DNA of 64,000 nucleotides from Leptogorgia sarmentosa (Eukaryota): NCBI GenBank assembly GCA_964658305.1, contig OZ210885.1, positions 12,586,001 to 12,650,000 of the forward strand, read 5' to 3'. Shown piece by piece: positions 23,155 to 35,002 of this stretch (position 1 is its first letter; each line of letters starts with the position of its first letter). The notes under the pieces were generated by a model. It saw only the letters and a program-made list of their open reading frames with translations, ran no database searches and was not told where the DNA came from. The position numbers and the translations under genes were made by a program.

Positions 23155-24795
23155 TTATTTCTCCTTGCAGTTCTCCTGAAACAGCGGTACTAACTTGTGT
23201 ATAGGTCGAACTAATGTTCTCGCGCCACACTGGACCTTCGCCACCCGTGTGTGGCCGTCTTTACCTGGATACGTTTCAATGATTCGCCCTAATGGCCAAC
23301 GTCCTCTAGGGAGGTTACTTTCCAACGCAAGCACAACATCGTCCTTTTTCATGTCGTTAACTATCTCCGTCCACTTTGGCCGTTTGTTCAGCGTGGGAAG
23401 GTATTCTTTTAACCATCTAGACCACACCTGATGGACTAATTGCTGTACTCTCCGCCAACGGTTTCTCAGGTTAAAACTGGTGTAGTCCACCGATTCGGGA
23501 GCCACTTCCCCACCTATTTGTCCATGCAGGAAATGATTTGGCGTTAAGGGCGTAGCATCTTTCGGATCTGATGTTTGATACGTTAAGGGGCGGGAGTTGA
23601 GTAGACTCTCAACCGCAGCAAACGCCGTGATTAATTCTTCATCTCGAATGTCCCCGTTTCCTAGGACTGCATAAATGGCACGTTTTGCTGACTTAACCAT
23701 CGCTTCGTGTGCCCCTCCAAAATGGGGCCCCGCTGGGGGGTTGAAATGCCACTTAACTTTGTTGAACAAGTGGGTTGTCCTGTGCTGAATACGGTCTGGT
23801 TCTAACTTGCTCACCAACTCACTCAATTCATTCACCGCACCAACGAAATTGGTCCCGTTGTCACTTGTTACTTCCGACGGAACGCCGCGCCGACTGGTAA
23901 AGCGGGTGAAAGCATTCAAAAAACTCTCGGTGTCCAGTGCCCAGGCCATTTCCAAGTGGATTGCTCTCGTCGCGAGGCACGTAAATAAACACAACCATCG
24001 TTTTTGTCGTTGCCTTCCCCGTCCTTGGATGGTGATAAAGGGCCCGGCGTAATCTACCGCTGTTTGGTCGAATGGTTGAAAGGTGAATCTGAGGCGGACC
24101 TTAGGAAGTGGGGCCATTATTTGGGTCGCGACCTTCGTCTTTCTCTTTTTGCACTCATTACATTCATTCTCCCAACTTCGAATCTCCTCACGTGCAGCGA
24201 TTATCCAGAATCTTTGTGCCAGTTGGGCCAGAATAAAATTTACACCTCCCATGTGGTTTGCCCTCTCGTGGTAGTGTTTAACAATAAGCTTTGTTACGTG
24301 GTGACCACGTGGTAGGATGATGGGGTGTTTAACATCATGGGGGAGGGAGTCTGCATATTGTAATCGTCCTTCCATACGAATGATACCATTGTCGTCAATC
24401 CGAGGAGATAACTTTATCAAAGGACTTTTGGGCGAGATAGCTTTGTTGCTCGTCAATGCTCGATACTCTTCGGGAAAGGCTTCTTTTTGTACTTCGCGAA
24501 TGATATCTTCTTCTGCGTCTTGGATTTCTTCTGGGTACAATGCATTCCCTGGTACAGCATTTTCCCTCTTGCGCATGTTGCATACAACTCGGACGACTCG
24601 AGCACGAATACAAACTAGGCGCATCCAAGAGGAGTAGCGAGACGGACTTAACCTCCACTCGGCTGGTTTCGCTTTCTTTGATGGACTAGGTGGAAGCGTG
24701 GTGGGGTGACTTCCTAGGACGGTAAAATTCTTGATTTCTTTCATTCCACGTGGCGGATTACCATCCATTTTTGGCCAATCGTCTTCGTCCTTCAA
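23155..24795 (-). CDS. BEL/Pao Pol C-terminal part: integrase (HHCC zinc finger, DDE core, DUF5641-type C-terminus)
   Basis: HYH..H..CNEC, VDYAGP, SDNGTNF and HFGGAHEAMVKS. Separated from the upstream ORF by a frameshift near 24830. Confidence 0.92.
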   Translation of the reverse strand: MKDEDDWPKMDGNPPRGMKEIKNFTVLGSHPTTLPPSPSKKAKPAEWRLSPSRYSSWMRLVCIRARVVRVVCNMRKRENAVPGNALYPEEIQDAEEDIIREVQKEAFPEEYRALTSNKAISPKSPLIKLSPRIDDNGIIRMEGRLQYADSLPHDVKHPIILPRGHHVTKLIVKHYHERANHMGGVNFILAQLAQRFWIIAAREEIRSWENECNECKKRKTKVATQIMAPLPKVRLRFTFQPFDQTAVDYAGPFITIQGRGRQRQKRWLCLFTCLATRAIHLEMAWALDTESFLNAFTRFTSRRGVPSEVTSDNGTNFVGAVNELSELVSKLEPDRIQHRTTHLFNKVKWHFNPPAGPHFGGAHEAMVKSAKRAIYAVLGNGDIRDEELITAFAAVESLLNSRPLTYQTSDPKDATPLTPNHFLHGQIGGEVAPESVDYTSFNLRNRWRRVQQLVHQVWSRWLKEYLPTLNKRPKWTEIVNDMKKDDVVLALESNLPRGRWPLGRIIETYPGKDGHTRVAKVQCGARTLVRPIHKLVPLFQENCKEK

Positions 24796-27725
24796 TAGCC
24801 AATCGGGGCCATTCCACCACAGCGAATTATGATGTCCTCCACGTTAATACCCCGGGATACAAGATCTGCCGGATTTTGCTCCGTCGACACATGTTGCCAT
24901 TGTTGAGGGTCGCTGTACATCTGTATTTCACCGACTCTGTTCGCCACAAACGCGCGAAAATCCTTTCCCTTTCCACGTATCCACCAAAGGACATCTAAAC
25001 TGTCCGAATAAAACGTTACAGTGCTCATAGGGATCTCCAACACTCGAATTATAACTTGCGTTAGCCTTAGTCCCGTAACTGCGGCCATTAACTCTAGACG
25101 GGGGACCGTGACGGGTACTAAAGGTGCGACCTTGCTCTTTGAGGCCAACAGACGACATGTCGGGGGGTGTGGTTGCTCATACTCGAAACGTGCGTACACT
25201 GCAGCGCCGAACGCACTCGTGGAAGCGTCAACGAATGTAATCAACTTAAACGATGTGATCCTCCCCGGAAGCCGGATACAACGGGGAATTCTAACTCGGA
25301 CCAATGCAGATAATTGATCAAACCAAGACTTGATTTCATTTGCTAAATCATCCAGAATTTCATCGTCCCAATCATAACCGCGCGTCCACAACGTTTGCAG
25401 CAACATCTTTCCTTTGACGACCGCTGGCGAGATAAGACCAAGGGGATCAAAAATAGTAGCTATTTTTTTCAGAACGCTTCGTTTCGTTACCGACAGGGTT
25501 ACTGAAATCGATGGTGCTGGAATGGAAAGGGCGTCCTCTTCACTGAACCAGGATAGGCCTAACGTTTTTGACACTGGTTGGTCTGCCTCTCGAATCACCA
25601 ACTCTGATGCGCGATGTTCCTCCGGTATAGCTGCGAGAACGTGCTTTGAGTTTGAGATCCATTTCCTGGCTTCCATACCCGCTTTTGCCCATAATTCCTG
25701 CAATTCTGTTTGAAGTGTTTTCGCCGTAGCCTCGTCCTCGACGCTGTCTATGGAGTCGTCCATATATGTCGACTTCAGAACCGTTTCCGCTGCGAGTGGA
25801 TAGCTTTCTTTAAACCGTCGAGCATTTTCCTGCGCCACATACTGCGCTTCCATGGGTGCTGAGTTCTTCCCGAAAACTACTCGCGTAAATTCGTATTCGT
25901 CAGGTTCTCGATTGGTCTCGTTGTCTCGCCATAAAATTCGAAAATAAGGGCGATCTTTTTCTTCGATCTCGGTTCGCAAATACATCTCTTTAATGTCGCA
26001 CGCTAGACCAATTGGATTTCGCCGAAACCGTACGAGCACGTCGAATAGTTCCGTTTGAAGTTTAGGACCTGCATGAATGACATCGTTCAGCGCCACGCCT
26101 TTATACTTCGCCGAACAGTCGAATACGATACGTACTTTTGTCGTCGACTTGTCCAGCTTCACGATCGGAAAATGAGGTAAATACCATGAGGACGGCGGCG
26201 ATCTTTCTTCCGGTGACAACTTTCGCAAGTAACCTTTTTCAACGTACGATTTTATTGTCTCTTCGTATTGCTTCTTAACGAAGGCGTCCTTCGTTTTCAA
26301 ACTTCTTTCCGTACTCTCCAACCGGTTTTTCGCTAGTTCTCGGTTGTTAGGAAGCCCCGGATTATCTTCTTTCCATGGGACCGCTAATGAATACCGACTT
26401 CCGTTGTGCGTTAACGACGACTCGACTTTTTGTAGCGCGCTCCTCTCGTCTGTGGTCATAACTTCGGCTCGTTTTGTTTCCGTCCCATAGGCTTCGACCT
26501 CCCAAAACTTTCTCAATGTGTTGTTAACATCGCAACAACCAACGTTTGCGTTCTCGATACGTGCGTCTCTGGCCAAAAAGGAATGCGTGGTAAGGTGCGA
26601 TCGTTTTTCGAGCTGTCTTCCTGTTGGCCCAATGCAGGTCCATCCCAGAGGTCCTAGTCGAGCGATTGGGCTACCTGGTGGACCAAGGACGTCAGCTTTC
26701 GAATAGTGTAGATCAGCGTTATCCACCCCAATCAGCAAGTCCACTAGTCCAGTTTTCGCTGGCTTTGGGAACTCACATTGTGCAAGATGAGGCCATTGCT
26801 TTTTTGTTTTTTCCCAGTCTTCAACTTTATATGTTCCAGTCACCTGATGGGGGCACGTGTTCACCTCGATAACTTTGCCAAAGCCGCCACTCACGCTTTC
26901 AATTTCAATTGTTACCGGCATAGACTGGAAAGTCTCGATAGAATTGTTCAACACATGAACTTGCACAGTCTGAAATCTTTCCTGCAGTCCCAGAAAGTTA
27001 GCCACGTTTTCGTTTACGAATGTTTCGTTCGAGGCGTCATCTAGTATTGCGTTTACCTTGATCTTCTTTCCGTTGCTCTTCAGCCACACAGGAACTGTCC
27101 GTAATGAGCACTGCTCACCCGACGATGCTGGGTTTTGGGTCATCATTGCCACGTTTCTGGGTGGAAGTGCCCCCTCCCGTGAAGGGTCCTGGGGAATAGG
27201 TGATTCCGTTGACGGTGGGATCATGGGTTGCCGGTGTAACAATCGGTGGTGATTAAGACGACATCCATCTAGGTTGCATGGTTGAGATCGTTGACAATCT
27301 TTTCCCCGATGGTCCTTGCTTAAACAGCGGAAACACAATTTTTTTTCCTTTGCGACTTTCCATCGTTCTTCAACCGATTTCTGCTCGAACTGCCGACACG
27401 ACCAAATACCATGGTGCGGCCCATTACAGAAGGCGCAAGGGGGTTTAACTTTAGGGGGCTGATCTTTTGGAGGCTGGCGTTCGTTGGCTGCTAAATTGCC
27501 TCCATTGCCTGAGGCCATGAAATACGAGTTCTGCATGTTCCTCCCTCCACCTTTGACGAAACGCGGCTTTCGATTATGTCTGTCCTGTCCTTCCGGATCT
27601 ATACCATGGGCCATTTCAATCGCTTCGACTCTGACCGAGACTTCTTCTTTTAGCCAGTCTCTAAGACTTAAAACCGATCTTTCTTTACCATGTTCGTTCA
27701 TCCATCGTGTATACGTCTCTAACTG
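24792..27725 (-). CDS. BEL/Pao Gag zinc knuckles, aspartic protease, reverse transcriptase and RNase H
   Basis: CAFC..H..C, CFRC..H..C and C..C..HH..LH knuckles; ILDDAS protease; YLPH..KVRIVFD..YMDD RT; FVDAS..RLEL..DS..NPAD RNase H. Confidence 0.95.
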   Translation of the reverse strand, partial: QLETYTRWMNEHGKERSVLSLRDWLKEEVSVRVEAIEMAHGIDPEGQDRHNRKPRFVKGGGRNMQNSYFMASGNGGNLAANERQPPKDQPPKVKPPCAFCNGPHHGIWSCRQFEQKSVEERWKVAKEKKLCFRCLSKDHRGKDCQRSQPCNLDGCRLNHHRLLHRQPMIPPSTESPIPQDPSREGALPPRNVAMMTQNPASSGEQCSLRTVPVWLKSNGKKIKVNAILDDASNETFVNENVANFLGLQERFQTVQVHVLNNSIETFQSMPVTIEIESVSGGFGKVIEVNTCPHQVTGTYKVEDWEKTKKQWPHLAQCEFPKPAKTGLVDLLIGVDNADLHYSKADVLGPPGSPIARLGPLGWTCIGPTGRQLEKRSHLTTHSFLARDARIENANVGCCDVNNTLRKFWEVEAYGTETKRAEVMTTDERSALQKVESSLTHNGSRYSLAVPWKEDNPGLPNNRELAKNRLESTERSLKTKDAFVKKQYEETIKSYVEKGYLRKLSPEERSPPSSWYLPHFPIVKLDKSTTKVRIVFDCSAKYKGVALNDVIHAGPKLQTELFDVLVRFRRNPIGLACDIKEMYLRTEIEEKDRPYFRILWRDNETNREPDEYEFTRVVFGKNSAPMEAQYVAQENARRFKESYPLAAETVLKSTYMDDSIDSVEDEATAKTLQTELQELWAKAGMEARKWISNSKHVLAAIPEEHRASELVIREADQPVSKTLGLSWFSEEDALSIPAPSISVTLSVTKRSVLKKIATIFDPLGLISPAVVKGKMLLQTLWTRGYDWDDEILDDLANEIKSWFDQLSALVRVRIPRCIRLPGRITSFKLITFVDASTSAFGAAVYARFEYEQPHPPTCRLLASKSKVAPLVPVTVPRLELMAAVTGLRLTQVIIRVLEIPMSTVTFYSDSLDVLWWIRGKGKDFRAFVANRVGEIQMYSDPQQWQHVSTEQNPADLVSRGINVEDIIIRCGGMAPIGY

Positions 27726-28805
27726 TTATCCTGTCAACTTTTTAACCAACAAACTGTACAAAGCTCCATCGCTAAGCTCTCCTACCTTTCCCTCTGCCTG
27801 CAGTTTGACAACTGTCACTCGTACTAGGTCAGTGAACCTTTCAAAACCTCGAACATCAGCCGCCTGCAAAGGTGGCAACCTTTCCAAGTCATCAAGGTAA
27901 GCACGAAGTTGTCGTCGCTGACCTCCAAATTTTGCTTTTAAAATCTCCTTGGCTTCCTCATACTCGGGGCCCGATACCCCAAGTCCACGGATTGAGTCCA
28001 GAGCTACTCCGGTTAAACTTTGACGCAGCCGTGCCATCTTTAGACTGGTTGGTTCATTCGACATGTCCACAAGGCTTTCAAACAGTCCCCAAAATTCTTC
28101 GAACCTTTTCTTATCTCCGTCAAAGTTCGGTACCTTTAATGGCTTCAGTCGGTGATTAATAGCTGTTCCATTGCTGTTATTGCTGATGACCGAATTATGC
28201 TGTGTCAAATGGGATCCATCATGTTCTGCAACTGTCTGCTGCTCTGCTTTATCATTAACAACAGCAGTGTCAGCCACTGCTTGCGATTCCGGTGTTATAA
28301 CTTCCCCTGCTATGCTAGGATTAATGTCACTCTCAACGTTGTTTGTCGAACTTCCTTGAACGGGCACTTCAGTTTCTACGTGATTGGTCATGTTGACTTG
28401 ATCTTCCGACGGGCTCGCCGCAACAAATTTGAGGATTACCGACTGTGCCTTTTCAATAACTTTTTGGCATTCTTCTTCCAATTCCTTCGACTCTTGCATT
28501 ATAAGCTTTTGATTCTCATTATCTTCAAGTTCTGCGAAATATGATGCCAGTTCGTCCATGATGGTTTGGGTTTCTTCTAATACACCCCATAGTGTGTCCA
28601 TACGATGTTCCAGTTCTTCCACACCTCCCTCGCTACTTCCAACTTTCCACATTAACTTCTCAAGATGGTGCCTTACTTTTGTTGTCTCTCGTTTGCTTGC
28701 TCGCTTTCTCCGGTTTAGCTCCATTGGAATTTGTTTATGTTTAATCCCATCCTCGCCTTTGGAGCCTTCTACAGTTCCATTAGGTTCTATTTCAGTGTCC
28801 GACAT
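27726..28805 (-). CDS. BEL/Pao Gag N-terminal part (coiled coil plus DUF1759-type domain)
   Basis: LKPLKVPNFDGD..FWGLFESLV..KMARLRQSL..YEEAKEILKAKFG. In frame with the next ORF across a single TAA. Confidence 0.9.
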   Translation of the reverse strand: MSDTEIEPNGTVEGSKGEDGIKHKQIPMELNRRKRASKRETTKVRHHLEKLMWKVGSSEGGVEELEHRMDTLWGVLEETQTIMDELASYFAELEDNENQKLIMQESKELEEECQKVIEKAQSVILKFVAASPSEDQVNMTNHVETEVPVQGSSTNNVESDINPSIAGEVITPESQAVADTAVVNDKAEQQTVAEHDGSHLTQHNSVISNNSNGTAINHRLKPLKVPNFDGDKKRFEEFWGLFESLVDMSNEPTSLKMARLRQSLTGVALDSIRGLGVSGPEYEEAKEILKAKFGGQRRQLRAYLDDLERLPPLQAADVRGFERFTDLVRVTVVKLQAEGKVGELSDGALYSLLVKKLTG

Positions 28806-29246
28806 AATAGCGGTTGGGGTCCCGACAAAAGTGTGTCGATATGTTTATATTATGCTCCAAAAAATCTCTGTTTGATGCACCGATTAATGTTAAGACTCAG
28901 TACAGAATTGTTCTTTGTATTAAGAAAATAACCCGCAAACTAATGCGCGCCCCTGATTCTCCCGATGATCCAGGCAAAACCTCTTGCATAAATTAGCATA
29001 AATTACTCGTTTAGCTCACCAAAACTGTCCCGACGATATTTCCCAACGATATGTATACATATATTTAGTATTTTGCACGAATTCCGAAGTCCTTACGCCT
29101 TGTAATACTTCCTCGTCTCAAACCAGTCAAATTTCTTCAAATAAACTGTCCAACGACACAAATATCCTTCGTATAAGTTATTCAACAAACCTCGCTCCTT
29201 CGATACTGTCAAGACGTCGATAAAATCCGATCAAAAACGCTCCAAA

Positions 29247-29264
29247 GTCCTGGCAGGATCGCCA
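29247..29264 (-). promoter_or_regulatory. Primer-binding site complementary to the tRNA-Arg 3' end
   Basis: TGGCGATCCTGCCAGGA 2 nt inside the 5' LTR matches invertebrate tRNA-Arg(ACG) ...TCCTGGCAGGATCG-CCA. Confidence 0.8.
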
Positions 29265-29266
29265 AA

Positions 29267-29514
29267 TGTTATCCAGACCTGACTAAAAACTCTTTTTATA
29301 CATTTAATAGAAACGTAAAATAACTTTAAAACATAAAATAACCCAAAAAGCAATGCTAGAATGGTTTAACTTTAATACGATAGCCGAACGTTCGGTAAGA
29401 GACCTCGTGTTCTTCCCCCTTAACCCTGTTGCCTAGCAACCTATTTTCCCCCACAGCTGCCCCAGAACATATTATTTACAATAAAACCCAAATATGAAGG
29501 TTCTCTTCATAACA
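29267..29514 (-). repeat. 5' LTR of the BEL/Pao element (248 bp)
   Basis: tgttatccag...cttcataaca followed by the TSD tgaag. Confidence 0.95.
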
Positions 29515-29781
29515 TGAAGTTCATATGTTTGAAATCAGCAAGTGATCTTGTATCATATGCAACCTCAACAGTCCAAAGTATCTACAATGAAAAATTTGAA
29601 TCATATTGTCCAGGCCTTTCTTATCACGTTGTTGGTAGTAGCTGGTTCTTCAATTAACAGATATGAAATGCTGCAAGCAAATAATTTGGCTCTTTCCCCC
29701 GAAATTTCCAGTCATTTGCAAACATTTAGGGGTAAGGCATTCAGTGTAACCCATTTTAACAATTTAAATGGTCAATCACAT

Positions 29782-30963
29782 CATAGGAAGCCCAACAAGC
29801 CGCACGCATGACATAACATTCAGTAGTATAAGGGACCGTTCATTTAATATGTCTGAGGGGTGCGGTAAGAATATAGGGGGAGGGGGTGATTGTGTAAGAT
29901 TTTTAAGGTATATTAAAGGGGGGCAATAAGAATTTTAAGTGGTGAAGAGGGGGGGGTCATATAAATTTCTGGTACAGCCTACAAACTTACAAAAAGGATT
30001 TTATTAATTCCAACAGAATCTCAAAAGTAGATTACAATGACATAATACAGGATGAAAAATCAGATTTGCAATACATTGGCAACCTGGTGCCAATTTGCAA
30101 ATGATGTGAAGGCAAAAATTCCTAGTAGAAACGACCAACTATTTACTTGGTCGTTTCTACGTTTCGCCGAAATCAAAGAGATTCATCGGCCTTGCTCTCT
30201 ACAAGTTAAATCGTAATATTCAAAGTGCCAGCTAAAAATTGCCAGATAAATTTCGATTATTACCCTTTTGTACTCCCACCTTCCAATTTTGCGTTAAGTG
30301 GGAGTAAGGGGGGGGGTAAGGGGGGGGGGGGTGGGTTGGTCATACAATTTCCACTCTCCTTTGCGGGGGGGGGAGGGGGGGGGAGGTTCAGACGATTTTC
30401 TTCTGATATTTAGGGGGGGGCTATATGATTTTGTTTATGAAAGGTTTACCTGTCCCCCCTCCGACATATTAAATGAAAGGTCCCTAATATGATAGGTTTG
30501 CAAGTAAATGATAATATCACTCACTACGGCTTAAAATAAGTCGAAAAAATCTACGTCTCGTAAACAAACTTGGCTAAAAAATAGCAGCCCCTGCTACTTG
30601 GAGCAATCCTATTGGTGGGCTGTTATGTCGGGTTTTTTATAACCAATAGGATCGCGTATTCGTCATTTCAAACGGCAATTTTTGCACGACAACAGGCATC
30701 CAGCATCGAGACACGGCAAATTCAAACAAACCTTTCGTTTTTTTCCGACTTTTTCTCTCGTTTTGTTACCAGAAAACGTTGTACATATTTAGTAATACTA
30801 CCCTCGAAGTAGGGGCTGCTATTTTTTAGCGAAGTTTGTTCACGAGACGTTGATTTTTTCGACTTGTTTTGAGCGGTAGTGACTGATATTTTTTACTAGC
30901 CAACCTTATCATATTTTACTACTGCATGTTACGTCATGCGTGCGGCTTATAGGGCTACCTATA
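29782..30963. mobile_element. Long-TIR MITE of the same CATAGG-TAGCCC family as 8205-8323, carrying a nested insertion
   Basis: cataggaagccc..cgcacgcatgacataacattcagtagta pairs with tactactgcatgttacgtcatgcgtgcg..gggctacctat. The inverted arms extend over ~30488-30600 and ~30805-30915. Confidence 0.75.
29832..30484. mobile_element. PIF/Harbinger-type MITE with TAA TSD
   Basis: gggaccgttcatttaatatgtc..gacatattaaatgaaaggtccc, flanked by TAA at 29829-31 and 30485-87. Confidence 0.8.
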
Positions 30964-33900
30964 TTCATTTGAACTCAGTGCGTACCTAGTTTTCTATTTC
31001 TGCTCTCCGATTGTTCTTCGTAAGATCTTCGTAGATTGTCGTCACTTCTTCTAATAATGACGTCATGTTATTTTGAGCTCGGGGAATTTCGCAGAAGAGG
31101 CGTCTAGTCTTCTTGCTGGAATTTCAGAAGGTATTTTACAACATCAACAGAAATTTATTGCTTATCTTTCGAACAAGATTCGAAATCGTTCTAAAATCTT
31201 TCGTTGTTTGGTTTCACGGACACAGAAAAGTCGCAATTCAAGGTAAATATTGTTACAATTTGAACTTTCATTTACGGTCAGTTACATTTTATTCAACTTG
31301 AGACATTATCTTGTGATCATTGCAGTATGTTTTATTAAAGACATTGATGCAATCTTATATTGAAATTTCTCTGTCTTCTGGCAAATTTGTCGTACTTTGG
31401 TTATATTGCATTTTATTTGTTTCATTTGATGAAATCAAAGTGCTTGTAAAATATACAGTTATGTAGTACTGTTGATTTATGATGAATATGAAAGTAAACA
31501 TATTTTCATGTATGCCATTAGATTATTGTGGGTTTATTATGTCATAGATAATATTGATTGTCTCATTAATTTGAGAGGCCTTTGTTGATTCCGTGTCGTT
31601 CAAATGATTTAGTTAATGTGCAGTCCACAGTAATGTCATGCATTCTATAATGATGCACAAATGCGGAAGATAATTGCCAGATAACCTGTACTGATTTTTA
31701 GTAATAATATGTCTTGTGTCTTTGAATGCAAATCATAGAGTACACCTGTTGAGATTGCAACCGGAAACAGTAAAGGGAAAATCATCAACTATTAGTGCTG
31801 TGTGCCTTAGTGTTCAAAGCAGAGCAGAGCACCAGCATCATACAGACATAGGTTTGTTTCCTGGCAGGGAATCTTATAGTTGATGAATTATTCTCAACTG
31901 CCCCTTGTTGGGATTTTAACAATCCCTCATGCATACAGGGGCGCTGGAGCAACAAGGGCAACTGATTGTAACAACCTGCTGCCCTAACATTGCGAGGGCA
32001 ACTGATTCACATGTGAACAAAAAACCCACATGAAATGACATTTGTAAGACTGTAACCCTATGGAACCCCACACAGGGTCTTGACTCTGACACTTTAGTGC
32101 CCTTTCCACAAAGCTTTCCCTGCCATCTGGTGCCCCTGCACTTGTATAATTTTTACTCAATAGTAAGACACATACAGTAACTCCCCTCAAAATTTTTCAC
32201 ATTGAATGAAGTTCTATAAAACCATAATGATTTACCCTCAACCTATACTGATGTTATATTTCACTGCAAATTTCAAATGACAATTGAATTTAGGTTGTGT
32301 TTACCTGATTTAGATCAGACTACAAATTTCATGTGTGTTTTGAAATCATAAGGCTAATAAGGGATTGGATTAGATTTGACTACATCAATCTGAATTGAGT
32401 TACAACTCATTCTGGATTGAGTCAATTTTGATTTTGATTTCAATCTGGATGGATTGAATTGCTGATTGAAAATGATGCATTGAATGTGAAATCCTAATTT
32501 TATTGCAGAAAGAATATGACTGGGCCTGAAACTGCAAAACAAATCATGCATGTTTTTTGCCCACATGTTTTCATTCCTGAAATTGCAGTTTGCATGTACA
32601 TAAACTGTCAAGCTACACATGAGTTTCTTTCTGCCACTTACTGGAAAAATCCCCCTGCCTCTCGCACATTTTACTTTAATTTTCATTGTCAGATTTGTTA
32701 GCTTATGATAAGTATTATAAACTGTTTGAATCTATAAAACCTGATTGTCAGGAATTGTAACCATGAGATTCCAGACCAGCATTCTGACCGACCGAGCTAT
32801 AGAAGTCACTTGTTGAGTAATAACTTTAAGTTCATGTAGATTTATCTTGTATTTGTGCAGATGGTTGGTTGTTATTGCTTAGTTGTTATATAATACTGCC
32901 CAAACAAAATCAAACTGCCACAGATACTGCCAAAGAACATTAAGTGTTTTATTTCCCATCCCCGGTCATGATCAGGTCTAAAACATGGTAGCTACAGTAT
33001 ATATAATCCTCACATTGATTACTTCATTTATTATATATTCCTGTACTTTGCCAATATCTTAGAGTATAGATGGGGGGTGGGGGAGAACAAGGGGAGGGGG
33101 GACTGATTTTTTAGTTTGGGTCATGTTACAATAAAGTAGACCACAACATTTAGTTGGTCTATGAAACATCAATGAAATTGTTGATTTCTTGTCAAAATTA
33201 ACACTGGCTCTGCCCCATTTTCTTATCTCTTTATAGAAATGTGATTGGTTCAGCTGTTGACATCATTGAACAACAATACAGAGGGTGAAAAATTTGATTT
33301 TCAACCTGAATCAAGGCTGCCAAATTAGAACATTTAGTTTCCTGAGATTATAAAATAAATTAAGGTAAGTTAATTGTCTAGTAACAAACTTCAGAATGTG
33401 GTCAGTATTACCAGCGGATAACAGAATCGACAAGCATGAGATGCTCCTTGATCGAGGATCAGTGTTGATAGTTAAGGAAAAGTGCACATATTATTTTTAT
33501 GAGGGTGAACATATTAACATCTTTGTTGTCATTGGTTTTCCAATATGGTTTTTATTTCACCTACATATAGATTACTTAATGCAATTGTATATAATCCCAT
33601 GTGTCTCTCATCTCCCACAATATTTCCTGGCAAAGGGCCCAGTTGTTCAAAATGTCAAACCTTGTGGTTTCATTTAATATGTAGATAGTGGAAAAAAAAT
33701 TTGCTGGTTGTCGATAATCAGTCATCGCACTCAGACATTAACCCAATTTCAACATAATGTTAAAATTAGGATTTCATTTTTAGTGCAAAGTTTCAAAGAA
33801 ACTTTGTGCAGTATTGTGATGAGTGGCGAAAATTCACATCAGTCATGTAATCATTCAGTCATTCATAGTGTAAACTCCGGGGGGAGCGTCCCAAATTCTC

Positions 33901-35002
33901 CTGACATGCGAAACTCGGTATTTGACTGATATCCTTGAAATGTTTGAAGAAAAATGATTCGATTGCAGTTATATATCGTTGCTCATCATTATTTGCAGTT
34001 GTTCTCATTGATATGAAAGTTTGTTAGAAGTGAAATGTGATCAAAGAAGCGCAGAAATACAGTACACAATGGCGGACGCCCCTCCGGAATTTCAGTTTTT
34101 GCAAAAATTGCAACTCAGCACTTTTGGGGAATGAAATTACACAATATGGCGGACGCTATGAGTGGGGCCGTGAATCAGTAATTCACTGACTGTGATGATA
34201 ATATAATGTGGCCAACATGTCTGAATGCGTTGATAAAACAGTTAAAATGTTCTTTATATATCAGCAATGAATCTAGAGATTTGAATTAGTAGAAAACTTG
34301 TATTTGTCATGGACAGTTTAGTACTGTTAACAGCCGCCGTGCGTATTTATATTAAAAATTTAGTTGGCCGACATTGCGGGCAAACTAAAATGTGTAACAC
34401 AGTAGAACTCGTCATATATTTTAAATTGGTTGATGATAGGCAACATATTTGCGAGCTTTCGCATTTATAGCTTTCGTGTTTGTTTTCCCTGTCTCCGACT
34501 CGACAACACTGGTCGACGGCATCACCAAACTTGGGCTGTTTGTTTGCCCGAAAATACCGGGGATTTACAGAATTTTCGATACTAAATGAACTAAACAACA
34601 TATCGGCATACAAGGCATATCGGCATATACCCAGGCTTGTGTTGATGATCAATCAAACGAGTATGTACAAGGTAATTTACAACCCACCCAGTTGCAAATC
34701 GCGCAGCCCAGTTTTGACGATCAAATAAAGGAGTATATACAGAAGCACAAACGAGCAAGTAATGGCCAGCACGAGAAAAAATCAGTCAAGCGGAAGAAAA
34801 GTATTCAAAAGTACTTTAAACAGAAAGAGGCCCACCAATCTTGGCTACGCAACCACGAAGGCAGGAAACAAGGGCCAAAAACAAGGGACAGAAAGCGAGA
34901 TAAGCAGCAGTATCATACAGACGGGAAACGTGGATATTATGATATATCTCCGCGACCAGGGTATAATTTTCATGTCACTACACTGAAGAAACGCCCTCCC
35001 GA

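Larger units (their letters stand above)
22840..29514 (-). mobile_element. Full-length BEL/Pao LTR retrotransposon
   Basis: TG..CA LTRs at 22840-23083 and 29267-29514, 5-bp TSD TGAAG on both sides, PBS at 29247-29264, PPT at 23084-23095, and gag-PR-RT-RH-IN order. Confidence 0.97.

Noticed and set aside
23195..28875. Plus-strand ORFs over the BEL element (and antisense ORFs over the LINE and Ngaro elements)
   Set aside because: Antisense shadows of real coding frames.
31060..33370. Exon-like segments (~31080-31241 ending gtaaat; ~33237-33364 between tag and gtaagt) and SINE-like relics near 31800 and 32780
   Set aside because: Stops in plausible frames and no recognisable product; the relics are too degraded to delimit.
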